Translations under genes and position numbers: made by a program
The notes under the pieces: generated by a model
What the model was told of the DNA's origin: nothing
Databases searched by the model: none
Seen by the model: only the letters and a program-made list of their open reading frames with translations
In this document: positions 63,750-64,000 of the stretch, one piece after another
Position numbering within the stretch: position 1 is the first letter of the stretch
How the letters are laid out: the number at the start of each line of letters is the position of its first letter
DNA from: Octopus bimaculoides
Lineage: Eukaryota
NCBI RefSeq assembly: GCF_001194135.2
Contig: NC_068985.1
Coordinates: 31,512,761-31,576,760 of the forward strand
Direction of reading: 5' to 3'
DNA: 64,000 nt

Positions 63750-64000
63750 GGCATGAGTCTCTAGTCTTGAAATCAGTTCTCTTCAGTGTTAAGATGGCTT
63801 GCATGTGAACTGTGCTACAGATTTACCATCTGCTCAAAAAGCAATACAAATAAGTTTAGATAGTGTCCACTGGACAATGGACTTAACCGATATGGGTAAA
63901 TTAGCTATAAAATTGTAAAAAGATTTCGTAGATGAATATGAATGAAAGTTATTTCAGTATCTTGTATTTTTACAAATAATTTTAATACATAGTAAAATCT

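Overview
AT-rich, microsatellite-dense animal genomic DNA from a gapped scaffold (7 N-runs). The SINE/RTE repeat content suggests a cephalopod, probably Octopus (inference). Nearly all entries in the supplied ORF track are microsatellite, gap or decayed-transposon artefacts. The one well-supported host gene is missing from that track: the last two coding exons of a selenoprotein S gene (SELENOS, minus strand, 29748-29805 and 28317-28399). They end ...RGG-UGA(Sec)-G-stop, with a candidate SECIS about 0.9 kb downstream (27331-27398) and an AATAAA immediately 5' of that SECIS. The 5' exons were not found. The rest is layered mobile DNA: RTE LINEs with an apparent PHD-type finger inserted in the RT region, two Penelope-like remnants (one with a probable minimal hammerhead ribozyme), R4/Dong-like and CR1/jockey-like fragments, a full-length decayed mariner, hAT and Tigger remnants, four tRNA-derived SINE families, piggyBac-like MITEs and two degenerate minisatellites. 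At the right end is a young 451-bp MITE (92-bp TIRs, 8-bp TSD, Merlin-like ends) carrying a coding-like insert; its empty pre-insertion site survives in a paralogous block 3 kb upstream. All analysis was by eye, repeat boundaries are approximate, and family names come from recalled motifs, not database searches.
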